A stretch of 64,000 nt of DNA from Azolla caroliniana. Its lineage: Eukaryota; Plantae; Polypodiophyta. The notes below the pieces were generated by a model. That model did not search any database and was not told the origin of the DNA. It saw only the letters and a program-made list of their open reading frames with translations. Below are positions 48,314 through 61,100 of this stretch, one piece after another. The stretch spans positions 6,820,001 through 6,884,000 of the forward strand of contig JBHGNT010000020.1 of assembly GCA_043228905.1 (NCBI GenBank), in the 5' to 3' direction. The position numbers were made by a program, and so were the translations under genes. Every line of letters begins with the position of its first letter. The stretch's first letter is position 1.

Positions 48314-51300
48314 GTGAAACAAGCGGCAGAGGAGCAGAAGATGAGGGGTTCGGATCTTGCAGAGGCCATGGCTTCGGGCGTGGACCGGATAGTAAGCGCG
48401 CGCGAGGGCACCGGCGCCCTTGAGAGGGCTATTGAGGCGATCGTCGGTACGATCGGCCGGTTCAGTGGAAAGGATGCCATGAGTTATTCGGCGTCCTACC
48501 GAGCGGAGATTTTGATGAGGGATATTCCGAAAGAGAGGCGTCTTGCCGGATTCCCTCGAGTGGCGATGCCGGGCATCCATGCGGAGGTGCTTGAGGTCCG
48601 GGCGGAGAGCCGGACCTAGGAGGAGTTCAAAGGACGGTTCCTGGAGAAATACAGGCTGGATGACGCGCTTCGACTTTCGAAGCGGAGCTTCATGGAGTGG
48701 GTGGAGTCCCCCAACAAAGGAAGAAATGCGTCGGTACTCCTCCGGGAGTTTGAGGAACGCTTTGCGCGCCTTTCGGCGCTCGATCGGACCGTTCTGGACA
48801 CAAGTCGTGTCCTGCTGTTTGTCAAATCGGTTGACGCACGGGATTGGGGGCAAGTTGGCTCCTTACTGGAAACCAAAGACGGGCTGACGGCCGATTAGGC
48901 CGCGGTAAAAAGAGTCTGTGGCCGTTTTGACAAACGGTGGGAGTGGGCTGATACAGAGGCGACGGGGCGGGACCTGTCGCAGCAAGGAAGCTCGAACCGA
49001 TACCGCAGGCGCGAAGGGAAGAGACCCGGGAGTGGCTCGAAACCGGTTCGGCTTCGACCGGCGTGGTCAGAGGCTCATCCGGGGGAACAGCTTTGGAGGA
49101 GTTGACACGAGCGGTAAAGGATCTCCAGATCGCCTAGGCTAGGAGAGAAGGCGGCGATCAGGCTCGTGACCAACGACCTCCGACAGGAAGTAGGTGCATG
49201 TGGTGCGACGAAGTCGGCCACATCCGGAAAGACTGCGGGGACTTTATGGAGGCTTTGAGAAGCCGGGTAGTGTACCTATGGGAAGGTCGGGTGCACGCCA
49301 ACAATACCCGGAGGGCCCTGAACCGAAACGACGGGCGAGGAGGAATGAAAAGGCTGATGGAAGAGGCGGCAGCCTGGCACGCGGAGACCTTCCACTACTC
49401 AGCGACAGCCGGTATTCGGGTTGGAGGCAGCGAGGCCCGGAAGGAGAGCAAAGCCGAGTTCTGGCCGACGGTGCTGGAAGGCCTCGCCGGTGCCCGACTA
49501 AAGAGAGACGAGGCGGACCACGCGGAGAAGCGGATCCAGGAGGTAACCGGGTGGAGTGACCCGGTCGAAGAAAAGACGGGTTTCGTCGAAGCGGCTTGCC
49601 AGAACTACGAGGCTCTGGTTGAAGACAAATGGGTAGGTAAACCTGAAGGGGCCGGATCTTCATAGAGATACGAAACCCGATTCGGGCCGAAACGGAACGA
49701 GGCCGGTGAGTCCAGTGCCCAGGATAACCACAAAAAGGGCGGGTACCGTTTTGGCACGGAGATCGAAAGGACCACGGACCTACGAAAGGTCCTGGAAGAA
49801 CGAATCCTCGACAGCAAGGTGGAACTGTCGCTGCGGGAGGTGCTAGGGATCGCCACGAAGGAGTTCCATGACTCCATCGTGGACTTGGTGAAGAGGAAGA
49901 GGCTGTCAACGGAGGCAGAACCGGGAAGGCCGGTGGAGGTGCGGATGACGCACATAGAGGACATGGCGTAGGAAGACGAGTGGGCGGAGAGCCACTACTC
50001 GAGGCCACACTGGGCCCGAGTGACCACGGTGTCGTGAAGATCCGTCACTACGCGCGGATCGTGAGGCGGAACCGCCGGGGTTCTGGACCAGAAGGATTTA
50101 GAGTCGATACAAACTTTGGCGAGAAAGTACTTAAGATAGATTGGGAAAGAGAGAAGATGAGATTACACGATTGATTTCAAAACGAATTTCTTCCTCTTAA
50201 TTTTCATAAAAAAAACCCTGTTTTTCTCCTCCCCCTTCCCTCTTTTATAGATGCTCTCATGCATATGATGCATGTGAGGGTACAAGACATGCGTAAATTG
50301 CATGTTTGCCATTTGGCGCTTAAGTATTACATGTGGTGCATGCTAACCATGTCACTCATTTTAGCACTCATGGATGAGAATTTACATGTAAAAGTACAAT
50401 GATAGAAATATAATTTCAACTAAATACTATGGCTTAATGGTAAGCCATTTGACTCCTAACTTGGAGGTGCAAGGTTCGAATCCATACTTGCCCTCCTTGT
50501 ATATGTATATATTTTTATATATTTATTTTATCTAGTCGCCGGTTCGCCGGATGCCGTCGCCGGATGCCGGTGCCGCCGCCGGATGCCGACGCCGAAGCCG
50601 GATACCGGTGCCGCATGCCGCCGTCGGATCACCGGCTCCATCGCCGGTCCGGTTTTGGTTGGCCAAAAACCCTTTTCGAGTAGCTAGCCACCTCCACTCT
50701 AAGTTCAAGCTACCTTGAACTCTCTATGCTCCACACATAGACACAAAGATAATATCTTTTGCTCCACCTTATATATGATGAGAGCCGTATTTGTCGTGCC
50801 TATGTGGGATATCTCACAATTTTCTCTTTTCTTTTCACAAAGTTTATACCCTTATATCTTGACATTTAGTTGTCCATTTCTCGTGTAATAAAGTGCATTC
50901 GAAACCTCCATCATTTTGTACTTAGATATTAAAAATGTTATCTTCACAATTATTGTATTACATGATTCATACTTGATTTTGTACGTTTTATGGGATTTTC
51001 ACACTATTGCCGAAAATCTTCACGACAACGGAAACCCCGGTGAAGATCGGAGATGTTTAGGAACCGGTGGTGGCGCTGGTGGACCATGGTTCGGAAATAA
51101 ACCTGATGTCCATGGATTTCTACAAGAAGGGGGAAATGGCCGATCAACACTAAGCACGGGTGGAAGATACGGGCGGCGACGCGCGCCACCGAGGAACTAC
51201 ACGGGGCCTGCCCAAACGTGCGAGTAAAGATCGGCGACGTCGAAATAGACCAGCACTTCTTTGTGCAGGAGACGTCCTCGCACCCGGTCATACTGGGAGA

Positions 51301-51469
51301 ACCGTACATTACGGCAGCGCGAATGGAGACCAAGGTGCTGGACAACGGGTCTGCTTACGTGAGGGTCAAGAGTCAGGACGGGCGTCATTCGGTCGAGTTC
51401 CTGACGGTGCGACCGAACCACGAGCAAAACCGCGAGTCCCTCGGTGGCGAGAACCGAGAGGATTTTTAG
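48314..51469 (+). pseudogene. gag: Gypsy ORF1 gag-protease (premature stops; split by a solo LTR)
   Basis: Knuckle CMWCDEVGHIRKDC; protease-like ALVDHGSEIN and VILGEPY. Confidence 0.8.
50030..51027 (-). mobile_element. Gypsy solo LTR (998 bp)
   Basis: 12-bp terminal inverted repeat TGTCGTGAAGAT...ATCTTCACGACA; 4-bp TSD ACGG (50026-50029, 51028-51031); internally homologous (reverse) to LTR 11796-12550. Confidence 0.88.
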
Positions 51470-51578
51470 AGAGGGCTGCCAAGGCATGGGGCCGCGACAC
51501 TCCGGACACTCCGGGAAAACCCCACATATGTACGATAGATGTGAAACCGAAGAAACCTTGTACCATAAGTAGGAAGTT

Positions 51579-54500
51579 TTGTTTCTCCGAAAACGGAGGG
51601 TGTACGATAGTCGGCGTCGTTGGCCCAGAGAAAAGACGAGGGCGGAAGAGCGACTTCGGGTGTGCGGAGTTCTCGGGCCCAGCGAGGAAATCTACGGAGC
51701 CGTGGAGGCGGTCTCCTTCGATGATACCTTGGGGATACTGCGAGAGGTGGTCGGAGAGGGCCTTAGAGAGGACTGGACGATACCGGTTTGTTCAGAAGAA
51801 ATGTACGAAGTCATCGCGGACTTCAGTCGAGGGCTCGAGTCGGATCAGACGGCCCGGGTTAACACGAAGTACAAGACTGTGAACCGGAAGGTAAGGCCAG
51901 TCGCGGCACCCTTACCGGAGGGCAGCGAGTTGCGAATCGAGGGGGTCGCGTCGGACCCCAGTTTACGAGATCCGGCCTGTGTAGGGCACGCCTTCACCGA
52001 CAAAATGCTACGGGAGCTCAAAATAGGTGGGGGCGGGTTCCTACTGCCGGCGGAACAAGACCGGTTTCGGAGAATGCTTGGAAGGCATGGGAAAGCCTTC
52101 ACATTCTCACTGGAAGAGATCGGGTGCGTAGACCCGACAGTCGTGAAGCCGATGGTGATATTCACGGTACCGCATGTACCACGGAATCTCAAGCCAATTT
52201 CGGTACCGAGAGCTCACATCCCGGAGCTGATGGAGCTATTGAGGTAGAAATTCGATATGGGCATCCTCGAACCGTCGAGTGCCCCGGTACTCGAACCGGT
52301 GGTTTACCATACCGAAGAAGAATGGGACGTTGCGCTTCATTCAAGACCTGCAACCGGTCAACAGAATGACCATTCGGAACGTAGGAATCGGACCAATGAT
52401 AGACGAGTTCGCGGAGGCCTTCGCCGGAAGGTCGATCTACTCGGTCGGTGATCTATACTCGGGGTACGATCAGTTCCAACTAGCCGTAGAGAGCAGAGAC
52501 ATTACGACGATGCGGACTCCTCTCGGCCTAGTGCGGATGTGCACCTTTCCACAAGGAGGGACGAACTCGGTGGCCCACATGGTGAATGCAATGAACAAGG
52601 TGCTGAGGGATTGTATCCCGGACATCACCATGCCATTCTTGGACGACATCCCGATCAAGGGATGTCCGGTGGAGGAAAAGGACGAAACGGTTGGACCGGA
52701 CGGATGCCGGAAATTCGTGGCGACACAAATTGACGACTGCGAGAGGGTGCTGTAGAGGCTAGAGGACGCGAGGCTCACCTTCTCCGGGGAAAAATCGGCC
52801 TTCGGGAAATCAGAGATCATGGTCGTCGGACATCTATGCGAGCCGTATGGCCGGAAACCGTCTCCGGCTAAGGTAGAAGCCATCTCCTCAATGAAGCCCG
52901 ACTGTAACTCGGTCACGGAGGTACGGAGGTTTTTGGGAGCATGCGCATTCTACCACATATTGATCTCGCATTACGCCCACATTGCCGAGCCGCTATACGG
53001 GTTGCTGAAAAAGGGGCGAAAATTCGAGTGGCGAGACGAGCATGCGGAGTCGGTCCGAAAGATGAAGGAGGCTCTTTCTACAACCCCAGCACTCCGGAAG
53101 GCTGTCTACGAGAAAGGCACTCCCATCTACATAACGGTAGATACGAGTCCGACCGGGATCGGATGGGTCGTCAACCAAGACGATGAGGACGGCATTCGGT
53201 TCCCAATCCGGTTCGGCGCGAAGTTCCTCAGCGAGCGACAGCGAAGATACGCCCAGGTTAAATGCGAACTCTGGGGTATCGTTTCGGCGGTGAAGGCCGA
53301 TAAAGACTATCTGATCGGGGCAGAAGTGATTATCGAGACGGACTGCCTGCCGATTCTCGGCATGGTTTCCGGATGCGCAACCCCGGACCTGGCGATGCTC
53401 AGGTGGATAGCGTACATCAAGTCCCTGGATCCGGAAATACGACACATTTTCGGGAAAGACAATGCCATGGACGACATGCTTTCGAGGGCACGATTCAACG
53501 ACGAGGGCGGCATGGTTTCGGAGGACAAGGAAGTCGGCGTGGACTTCTTCGAGGTGGCTTACGCAACAACCGAGGGAGGGAGCACTCCGGCGCTTAATGA
53601 TTTCAACGTAAGCAAGTACGACGGGGAGTGGCTGCAGATTGGGGGATTCTTGAGGACGATGACGCCGGACGCGTCATGGACGAAGGACGAGGCCAACCGG
53701 ATCCGGAAGAAAGCATACCGATTCTTTCTCCGGGACAGATACTTGTGGAAGCACCCGAAGAAGAGAAACGGCATCCCACTCCGAGTAATGGCGGTGAAGG
53801 AGGAACAGGAGGAGTTGTTGAAGGCCTACCACGACAGCCCCTGGGCTGGACACCGTGGGATGTGGGCCACGTTTGAGAAGCTAAAAGGGAAGTACTGGTG
53901 GCCGGGACTATACCGGGACGTGCATCGGTTCGTGACAACTTGTGAGAGTTGTCAGATGCACTCCATAGTCCGACATCGGGACAAGCTTCACCCCACTTAC
54001 CCTCCGGCCATCCACTTCAAATGGATGGTAGATTTGGTGACGATGCCGATAGGCATAGGGCAGATGCGATATCTGGTGCTGGCCCGGGAGGACCTGACGA
54101 ACCAGGTGGAAGGCCGAGCCCTGCAGAACAAAATGACCGCGGTCGTGTGTCAGTTCCTGATCGAGGACGTGATATGCCGGTACGGGTGCGTCGGAAAGAT
54201 CGTGGCTGACCGCGGGGAGTTGGACACCGAAGAGGCCGAGGAGCTGTTCGACCGGTTAGGGGTCAAGCTCTCGCTCACCACAGCGTACAATCCGGAGGCA
54301 AACGGGAAGGTAGAGCGCGGGCACGGGCCAATCGTCAAAGCGCTAGTCTGGGCATGCGGAGGCCAGGTTGGGAATTGGCCACGGCTGTTAGCTTATGCCT
54401 TGTGGGCGGACCGGACAACGCATAGTTTGGTAACCGGGTTCATGCCGTCAGAGCTCATGTTCGGACAGAAGCCGATCATGCCGATGGAACAGACGATCTC

Positions 54501-55050
54501 CTCTTGGGCGACAGTACATTGGAGGGACGAGGTGAGTCGGGAAGAACTGCTAGCGGCACGTATACGGCAACTCGAGCGGAGGCCAGAGGACGTGGAACGA
54601 GCGGTGGAGAGACTTCGAACGGCGAGGATGAAGAACAAAGCCCGATTCGACCGAACGCACCAGCTACGACCGAAGAAAATCGAGGAAGGCGACTGGGTGC
54701 TAGTCTACGACAGCAGCCTCGACAACCAGCACCGAGCAACACGGAAGTTTGCGAAGCAGTGGTTCGGGCCTTACGTGGTAACGAGCACCAACGACAACGG
54801 GATGTATCACCTGGCGGAACTCGATGGTACGAGGATGGCGATGCCGGTAGCAGGAAAGCGGATCAAAGCGTTCAAGAAGCGCCACGACGATGAACCGGAT
54901 CTAAGAAGCCTGGACAGCGAAGACGAACAGTCCGAAACGGAGGGCGAACCGATGGACAAAGAAACGGAACCCGGACCGGTTTTCTCCAACCAGAACCCAA
55001 TTTTGGCGCATACCGGTGGATGCGCGGTTAGGTGGGGGCGGATGTCGTGA
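51579..55050 (+). pseudogene. pol: Gypsy pol (RT, RNase H, integrase) with a few stops and frameshifts
   Basis: LRFIQDLQPVN, DLYSGYDQ, PQG, FLDD; VDTSPTGIG; HDSPWAGH..CESC; YNPEANGKVER; WFGPY. Confidence 0.92.
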
Positions 55051-58000
55051 AGAAAACTGTCCCTTGGCGCAATCGGTGAATAGCGCACATGAACCGGCCC
55101 TTCACGTGTGCACGCTCTTAATGTATATAATAGAGAATTAGGTACCTAGAGATATCCTAGGTAGTTAGATTCGGTAGGTAGGAAGTAAATGAGGGAGACG
55201 GCTCCCTTCTTGACGCTATAAAGGAGAGGGAGACGCAGTGAGAAGGGATCGGGCATTAAGGAGGACGAAGTGCTGTCGGACCGGAACCGAACGCTTCTCC
55301 TCTGTTCGTTCTCCATCGCTCTTCTCTACAGGTTTTCGGGAGGCTTGCGCTGCTTCGAGGAACGCCCGTGTGCTTCCGGCAGCACCTCCACCCTTTTCTC
55401 CTTTCGTGCGCAGACGAACAGGCATCGGCATCTGTTCGCCGGCCTGTTCGGTTGTAACCGCTCGCGTGCTTTGTTGTGTATTCTGTTACTCGTTAATATA
55501 CAAACACTTGTGTCTCCCTATCTTTGTGTCCCTTCGCGTCTTCTGTGTTGACGGGCCGTGCCCCTGTGTTTCTTACTCATACGTGACAGGGCGTCTCTCT
55601 CTTTCTCATTCCCCTTCTATCGCCTGCTCTTCGGTCCAAGACCCCGGTGGTCCCACCTCGTTTCTCCACGCACGCGCGTAGTAACGCGACAACGTGAAGA
55701 ACACGTTCCTCCAAAGCGAGCTCGGGGAGGAAGTTTACATGATGCAACCACCCAGCTTTGAATCAAGCAAACATCAACATGCAATTCATCGATTAAAGAA
55801 AAATCTCAATTCAAAGATCACGTTGTAACTTCACACCATCGACTTCTGGATGTCAAAATCAAATAATTCATTTTATATCCAAAACAATATCAAAAGCTTG
55901 GTCTTCATAATCTTGTATGTCGATGAACTTGTCATCGACGGAGAAAGCCTAGCCGAGGCACAAAAGATTAAAAAGCTGCTTTTAGAGAAGTTCGAGATGA
56001 AGGACTTGAATGCCCTAGATTATTTTCTCGGCATCGAGGTCATTCGAACTCTATTTAAGGGCCTAATAGAGATAAAGTACATAGCATCAATGTTAAAACC
56101 ACGGTCCTACAGTTCGAGAAACTTCAGCCGAGTCTTCAACTACACTGAGACAACCAAGCTTAAGAGGACACACAATTGACCTTGAGGGGGCATGTTGAGA
56201 ATCAAGCTCAACTTGTGTGAATATTTTCTTATCAAGAAAAGCACAATGTGTGAAAAAGTGCGTGAGCACACTTTATTGTAATCTGTGTGAATTACCTAGT
56301 TACACGAAGAACTAGATTGTGATATCTAGTTAGTTGTCAAGTGTAATGTGGTCAAAGAATATTAGATATTCTTATGACAAAATCGTACTTGAGTGGATAT
56401 CTATGAGTAGATATTCTTATGAAAAAATCATACTAGAGAGAGAGAGAGAGAAAGCGATGGCGTTCTAAGAATAGTGTTGAAACATGTTTTTGATGTAACT
56501 TTGTACTCAAAACTCCATTTTTTATGATTTTTAGCTCGTTGTGAAGCTCATTCAGAGAGATTTCCAACAATTATTTGCACATTAAGTTTAGATAACATTA
56601 CATGAAGCTACAAGCAAAATTGTCATTGTCTCAAGTTAGTTCTCTCAATCTCTATTAGGATGGTTAACACAACAATAGGTAGTGAGTTGATGATTGTTGA
56701 TGGATGTGGTAGTAATGATGGTTGTGAAAATTACTAGACGCAAAAGCATATCGACTCTACAGAACATGAGAAAACATCATATGATGTTATTCTTGGTGGG
56801 AAAGATGTTATTGGAGATGATTATAATATGGACAGTTGTCGTGATTTTGTTAAGGCTTTGCTTTCTGATTTTATGGAAAAAAATGAGAAAGATGCTAAAG
56901 ATTGTGTGGAGGTGGTGATGGAGACCAAGTCTATTATGTTAGCAACTTTTGACAGGTTTTATGATCGTGGTGTTATTTTGTATTTCACTAGCAAACTTCC
57001 TTTGGTATCATGGATTAAGCAGTGGTTGAATTCATTCATAATGCCTAATTGTGTTGAGGATGTCTATGTGGGTTCAAGAGGTTTCTATGATGTGGTTTTT
57101 TGATCATCAGAACACTGTACGGCTTTGATGTGAAAGGTACCAATCTTTTTTGATAGAAGATTAGTGCATGTGATGGAATATTCCGATGGTGGATTATAAA
57201 GATTTATTAAAACAACAATGTCCAATTTGGGTGACCATTGATTACAATAACTCATTCTTTTCGGATTTACTACTAGGATTGATGTCTCAAATTGGTAAAG
57301 ATTTGGTTGCTCCTCATGTTAATTCATTGAACAAATGTAGATTTTGCATGTTATGGGATACAAGTTGTAAACTTCTAGGACGGTTGAGTATAGATACATC
57401 TCGATTTGGTCAATTTCGTTTTAAGCTTCAATGGGAGACTTTTGCAGGACATTATTTTAAATGTGGTAAATTGGGGCATTTTATAGTTGAATGCCAATAT
57501 CATGGTGAACTATCCCCAGAAAATAATGTCAAAAGGAAAAATAAGGAAGATGTTGAGAAGGATATTGTCTCAATGGTTGATATGGTCATAGATAAGGGAA
57601 CATCTCATGGGTTAGAGCGTGATCCTAAAGTTCATGGTCATGTTAGAGGTGTTGGGGAGGAGAATGGAGAATGCATTAATGATGACCCAAATGTTGAAGA
57701 TGGAGAATGGCATCAAGTGAAGCATATTATAAAATTGAAGGGTGTTGCCATACAAAGGGACACAAAAAATACTAACGGTAAGGCATAACCAAAAGATAAT
57801 TTGAGATTGAATGAGGGGTTTAAGAAAAATCCTTGGCAGAAACAAGTGTGAAATTAGAGATTGTCCAACCAATTAAAATTCAATTCTTCAGGAAGGGTGG
57901 TACGACCTCAATTAAATTAAGGACTTCGTTCTCGTGGAGCTAGACAACAAAACCCTAATATTGTTAGAGGGGATGTAGTACACACAAGTCCTTATGCAGC

Positions 58001-58183
58001 TCTTGAACAAGTAGTTAGTACATTCATGAATACACTTGCTCATAAAGAGCAAGTTCTTACTAAAGGTGTTAAATGAAATTGGTATCTTGGAATGTGCGAG
58101 GGGCATCTTCTTCTCATAAGAAATATATATTATGGAAAACTTTATTTGATAAAGAATGAGATGTTTTATGTGTAGTTGAACAT

Positions 58184-61100
58184 TGTTATGAAATGTCAAG
58201 CCACAACCGGTTACACGTTCGTATTTGTATACAGAAACCAAGAATTACCAGGCAAACAGAGAAAAACATGAAGACACAAAGACACCGATATTTTACGTGG
58301 AAAACCCGAAATGGGAAAAACCACGGGGGTCCACAAACCCCGAGAAAACAGATCACTACGGTAGAGAGGAAGTACAAAAATCCGGAACTTGAAGGCAAAG
58401 ACCTCGAGTTCTCCTTTGTTCGTCTGGCTACAGAGTTACACTCTCACTCTCTCACTCATGGTTACAGAGGCAACTACCTCGTTCTTACTTTTTCAATAAT
58501 GATCAACTACACTTACTAAAGTTTGCCCTAGTTTCTTATAAACAAAGACAACTTTCTGGATGTTTACAAGTATAGCCCACAAGGGGCATTTTAGACTATT
58601 TACAATTATAGTCTTCCGAAACGGTTTCAATTTTCGATTTAGTTTTATATTTCAATTTTCGAATTCGATTTTGGTTTGGTTTTCAATTTCAATTTCAATT
58701 TCAATACTCACCAACACGGTACTTCTCTTCCCATCCGGAGGGACATGTTTCCCAACAAACTCCCCCTTCACTCCGGCATGGGGTACTTCACCAAACCGAC
58801 TCTCTATCGGCACGCGTTTAGCTTTTCAACTGACAACACCTTCATCAACATATCCGATCCATTTTCGACCGTGTCGATCTTCACTAGAGCAAACTCCTTT
58901 TCTTCCACTCGCTCCCAAACCCAATGATATATTCTCTGGATGTGTTTGGTACTTGAGTGGTAGGTGGCATTTTTGGAAAGGTGGATGGCACTCTGGTTAT
59001 CGCAATGGAGTTGGAATTACTCCTGTCGAATTCCCAGCTCACCGATAAACTCCTTCATCCATATGATTTCCTTCCCGGCTTCCGCTATGGCCATATATTC
59101 GGCTTCCGTGGTCGACAACGCCACGACCTTCTGCAGCCTCGACAGCCACGAAAAGGATCCCCCTGGATAAGTCATTACGTACCCGGACATGGATCGGCTG
59201 GTATCCACATTAGCCGACATGTCTGAGTCTGTATAACCTTCCAGTGTAGGGTTACCTAAACCGAAACCAAGGCACACGTTTGGTACCGAAGTATCCACTT
59301 CATGGCAACCCAATGCTCTCTTCCAGGGTTGCTCATGTATCAGCTAACCACGCCGACTGCGTATCCTATGTCCGGCCTAGTACATATCATCGCATACATC
59401 AGGCTTCCAACTGCCGAGGCATAAGGAACTTTTGACATCTCAGCCTTCTCGGTTTTTGATTTTGGACATTGTTCTATGCTTAGCTTGCAGTTCGTCGGCA
59501 GTGTCAAGCCGACCGATTTCGTGCTTTCCATGCCGAATCTCTGGAGCACCTTTGTCACCTATTTATCTTGTGACAGCCACAACAATTGCTTTGTTCGATC
59601 CCGAACAACATGCATCCCCAGGATTTGCTTTGCCGGACCCATATCCTTCGTTGAGAATGATCTGCTCAAGGCCTTCTTCAGCACTCGGATCTTTGTATGG
59701 TCCCATCCAACAATCACCATGTCGTCCACATACAACAGGAGGATGAGGAAATCTCCTCCGTTGAATTTCTTCACAAATACACAATGATCGGCATGCATTT
59801 TGTGATACCCGTTGTCGGTCATGAAGGATTCGAATTTTCGGTACCATTGTCAAGGTGCTTGCTTCAACCCGTACAGACTCTTCCTTAGTCGGCATACTAG
59901 GTTCTCTTTACCTTTCTCCACAAATCCTTCCAACTGATGGTTGTCACAACTTCGAGATCCATGCTGGCCGCAATGGTTAGCACAGTTCGGATTGACATCA
60001 TATTTACGACCGTAGCAAATATTTTGTCGAAATTGACATCCTTCTTCTGTTGAAAGCCTTTCACGACGATTCGTGCTTTGTACCTGGGTGGATTCCTACC
60101 ATCTCCAGGTTTCACCTTGTATACCCATTTATTCCGAAGTGTCTTCTTTCCTCTCAGCAGTTCGGTCAGTTCATATGTGTGGTTCTCATGCAAGGAATCC
60201 ATCTCCTCTCGCATGGCATTCAACCACTTTCGGTTGTGGGTATCTTCGTTAGTTTCTTCAAAGCTTTCCGGCTCCCCATCATCGGTTAGCAATACACGCT
60301 CTTCGTCCGAAAATCTTCAGGGGGAGGGGGGGGGGGGGGGGGCGCTCCTTTCTCATAGGGGGTATCTTTGGCCTCCATTTGGCACAGTCGGTTCTTCTTC
60401 GATTTTTTCGGCTGAATCAAATTCGGTTCCTTGTTCAGCCGTTTCCCGTCGTTCTTCAGTTAGTTCTCGATTTTGCCGAGTTACTTTATTGAATCAGGTG
60501 ACTGGCTCGGGTTCGATTTCGATTGATTCGGTAGTTGGAGACTTATTCTCAATCTCCCAGTCGACTATTGTCTTTTCCACCATGAAGATAATGTTGCAGC
60601 TCCTAATCACTTTCTTCTCGGCTAGGTCCCATAGCCGATAGTCAAATTCATCATTACCGTAGCCGAGAAATATACCTGGCCGAGATTTCGGGTCTAATTT
60701 TCCCCTTTGTTCTTTTGCCACATGCACATAGGCAAGACAGTCGAACACCCCTCAAATGTCGATACGAAATGTCATTGCCGCTCCACACCCTTTGCGGCAT
60801 ATCACCGTCTAAGGGTAGTGAGGGTGATCGGTTTATCACGTACGTTGTCGTCATCAGTGCCTCAGCCCAGAACATCTTCGGTAACTTAGCATGTACAAGC
60901 ATACTTCAGACCCTTTCCATTACGGTCCGGTTCATTCTCTCGGCCAGCCCATTAAGCTCTAGCGTCTTCGGCATGGTATACTTAGGCTGGATTCCTTGAT
61001 TTCTTCAATATTCCTCGAACGGTCGATGGTACTCTCCGCCATTGTCCGCTCGGACTACCTTCAGTTTTCGGTCGGTTTCTCTCTCAGCTCTCGCTTGGAA

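Larger units (their letters stand above)
47647..55691 (+). mobile_element. Near-complete Ty3/gypsy element (no chromodomain seen; tRNA-Trp PBS; 4-bp TSD)
   Basis: Highly similar LTRs 47647-48296 and 55043-55691; TSD ACGT (47643-47646, 55692-55695); PBS TGGTGAACCCGACGTGA; PPT GGTGGGGGCGGA. Confidence 0.93.
47450..56602 (+). mobile_element. Deleted copia remnant (RT fragment, PPT, 3' LTR ~56193-56602) hosting a gypsy element
   Basis: [21 protein letters not shown]...HQVN-VKNTFL across the insertion; ILYVDEL; TTGAGGGGGCA then TGTTGAGAATCAAGCTCAAC, same terminus as the 14241 family. Confidence 0.75.

Noticed and set aside
50422-50495. Functional tRNA gene
   Set aside because: A and B boxes are present but the acceptor and anticodon stems do not pair; reported only as a tRNA-derived promoter-like segment.
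60319-60341. Long G run as a regulatory G-quadruplex
   Set aside because: It lies in a decayed or deleted part of a copia pol pseudogene and may be a homopolymer artefact; nothing supports a function.
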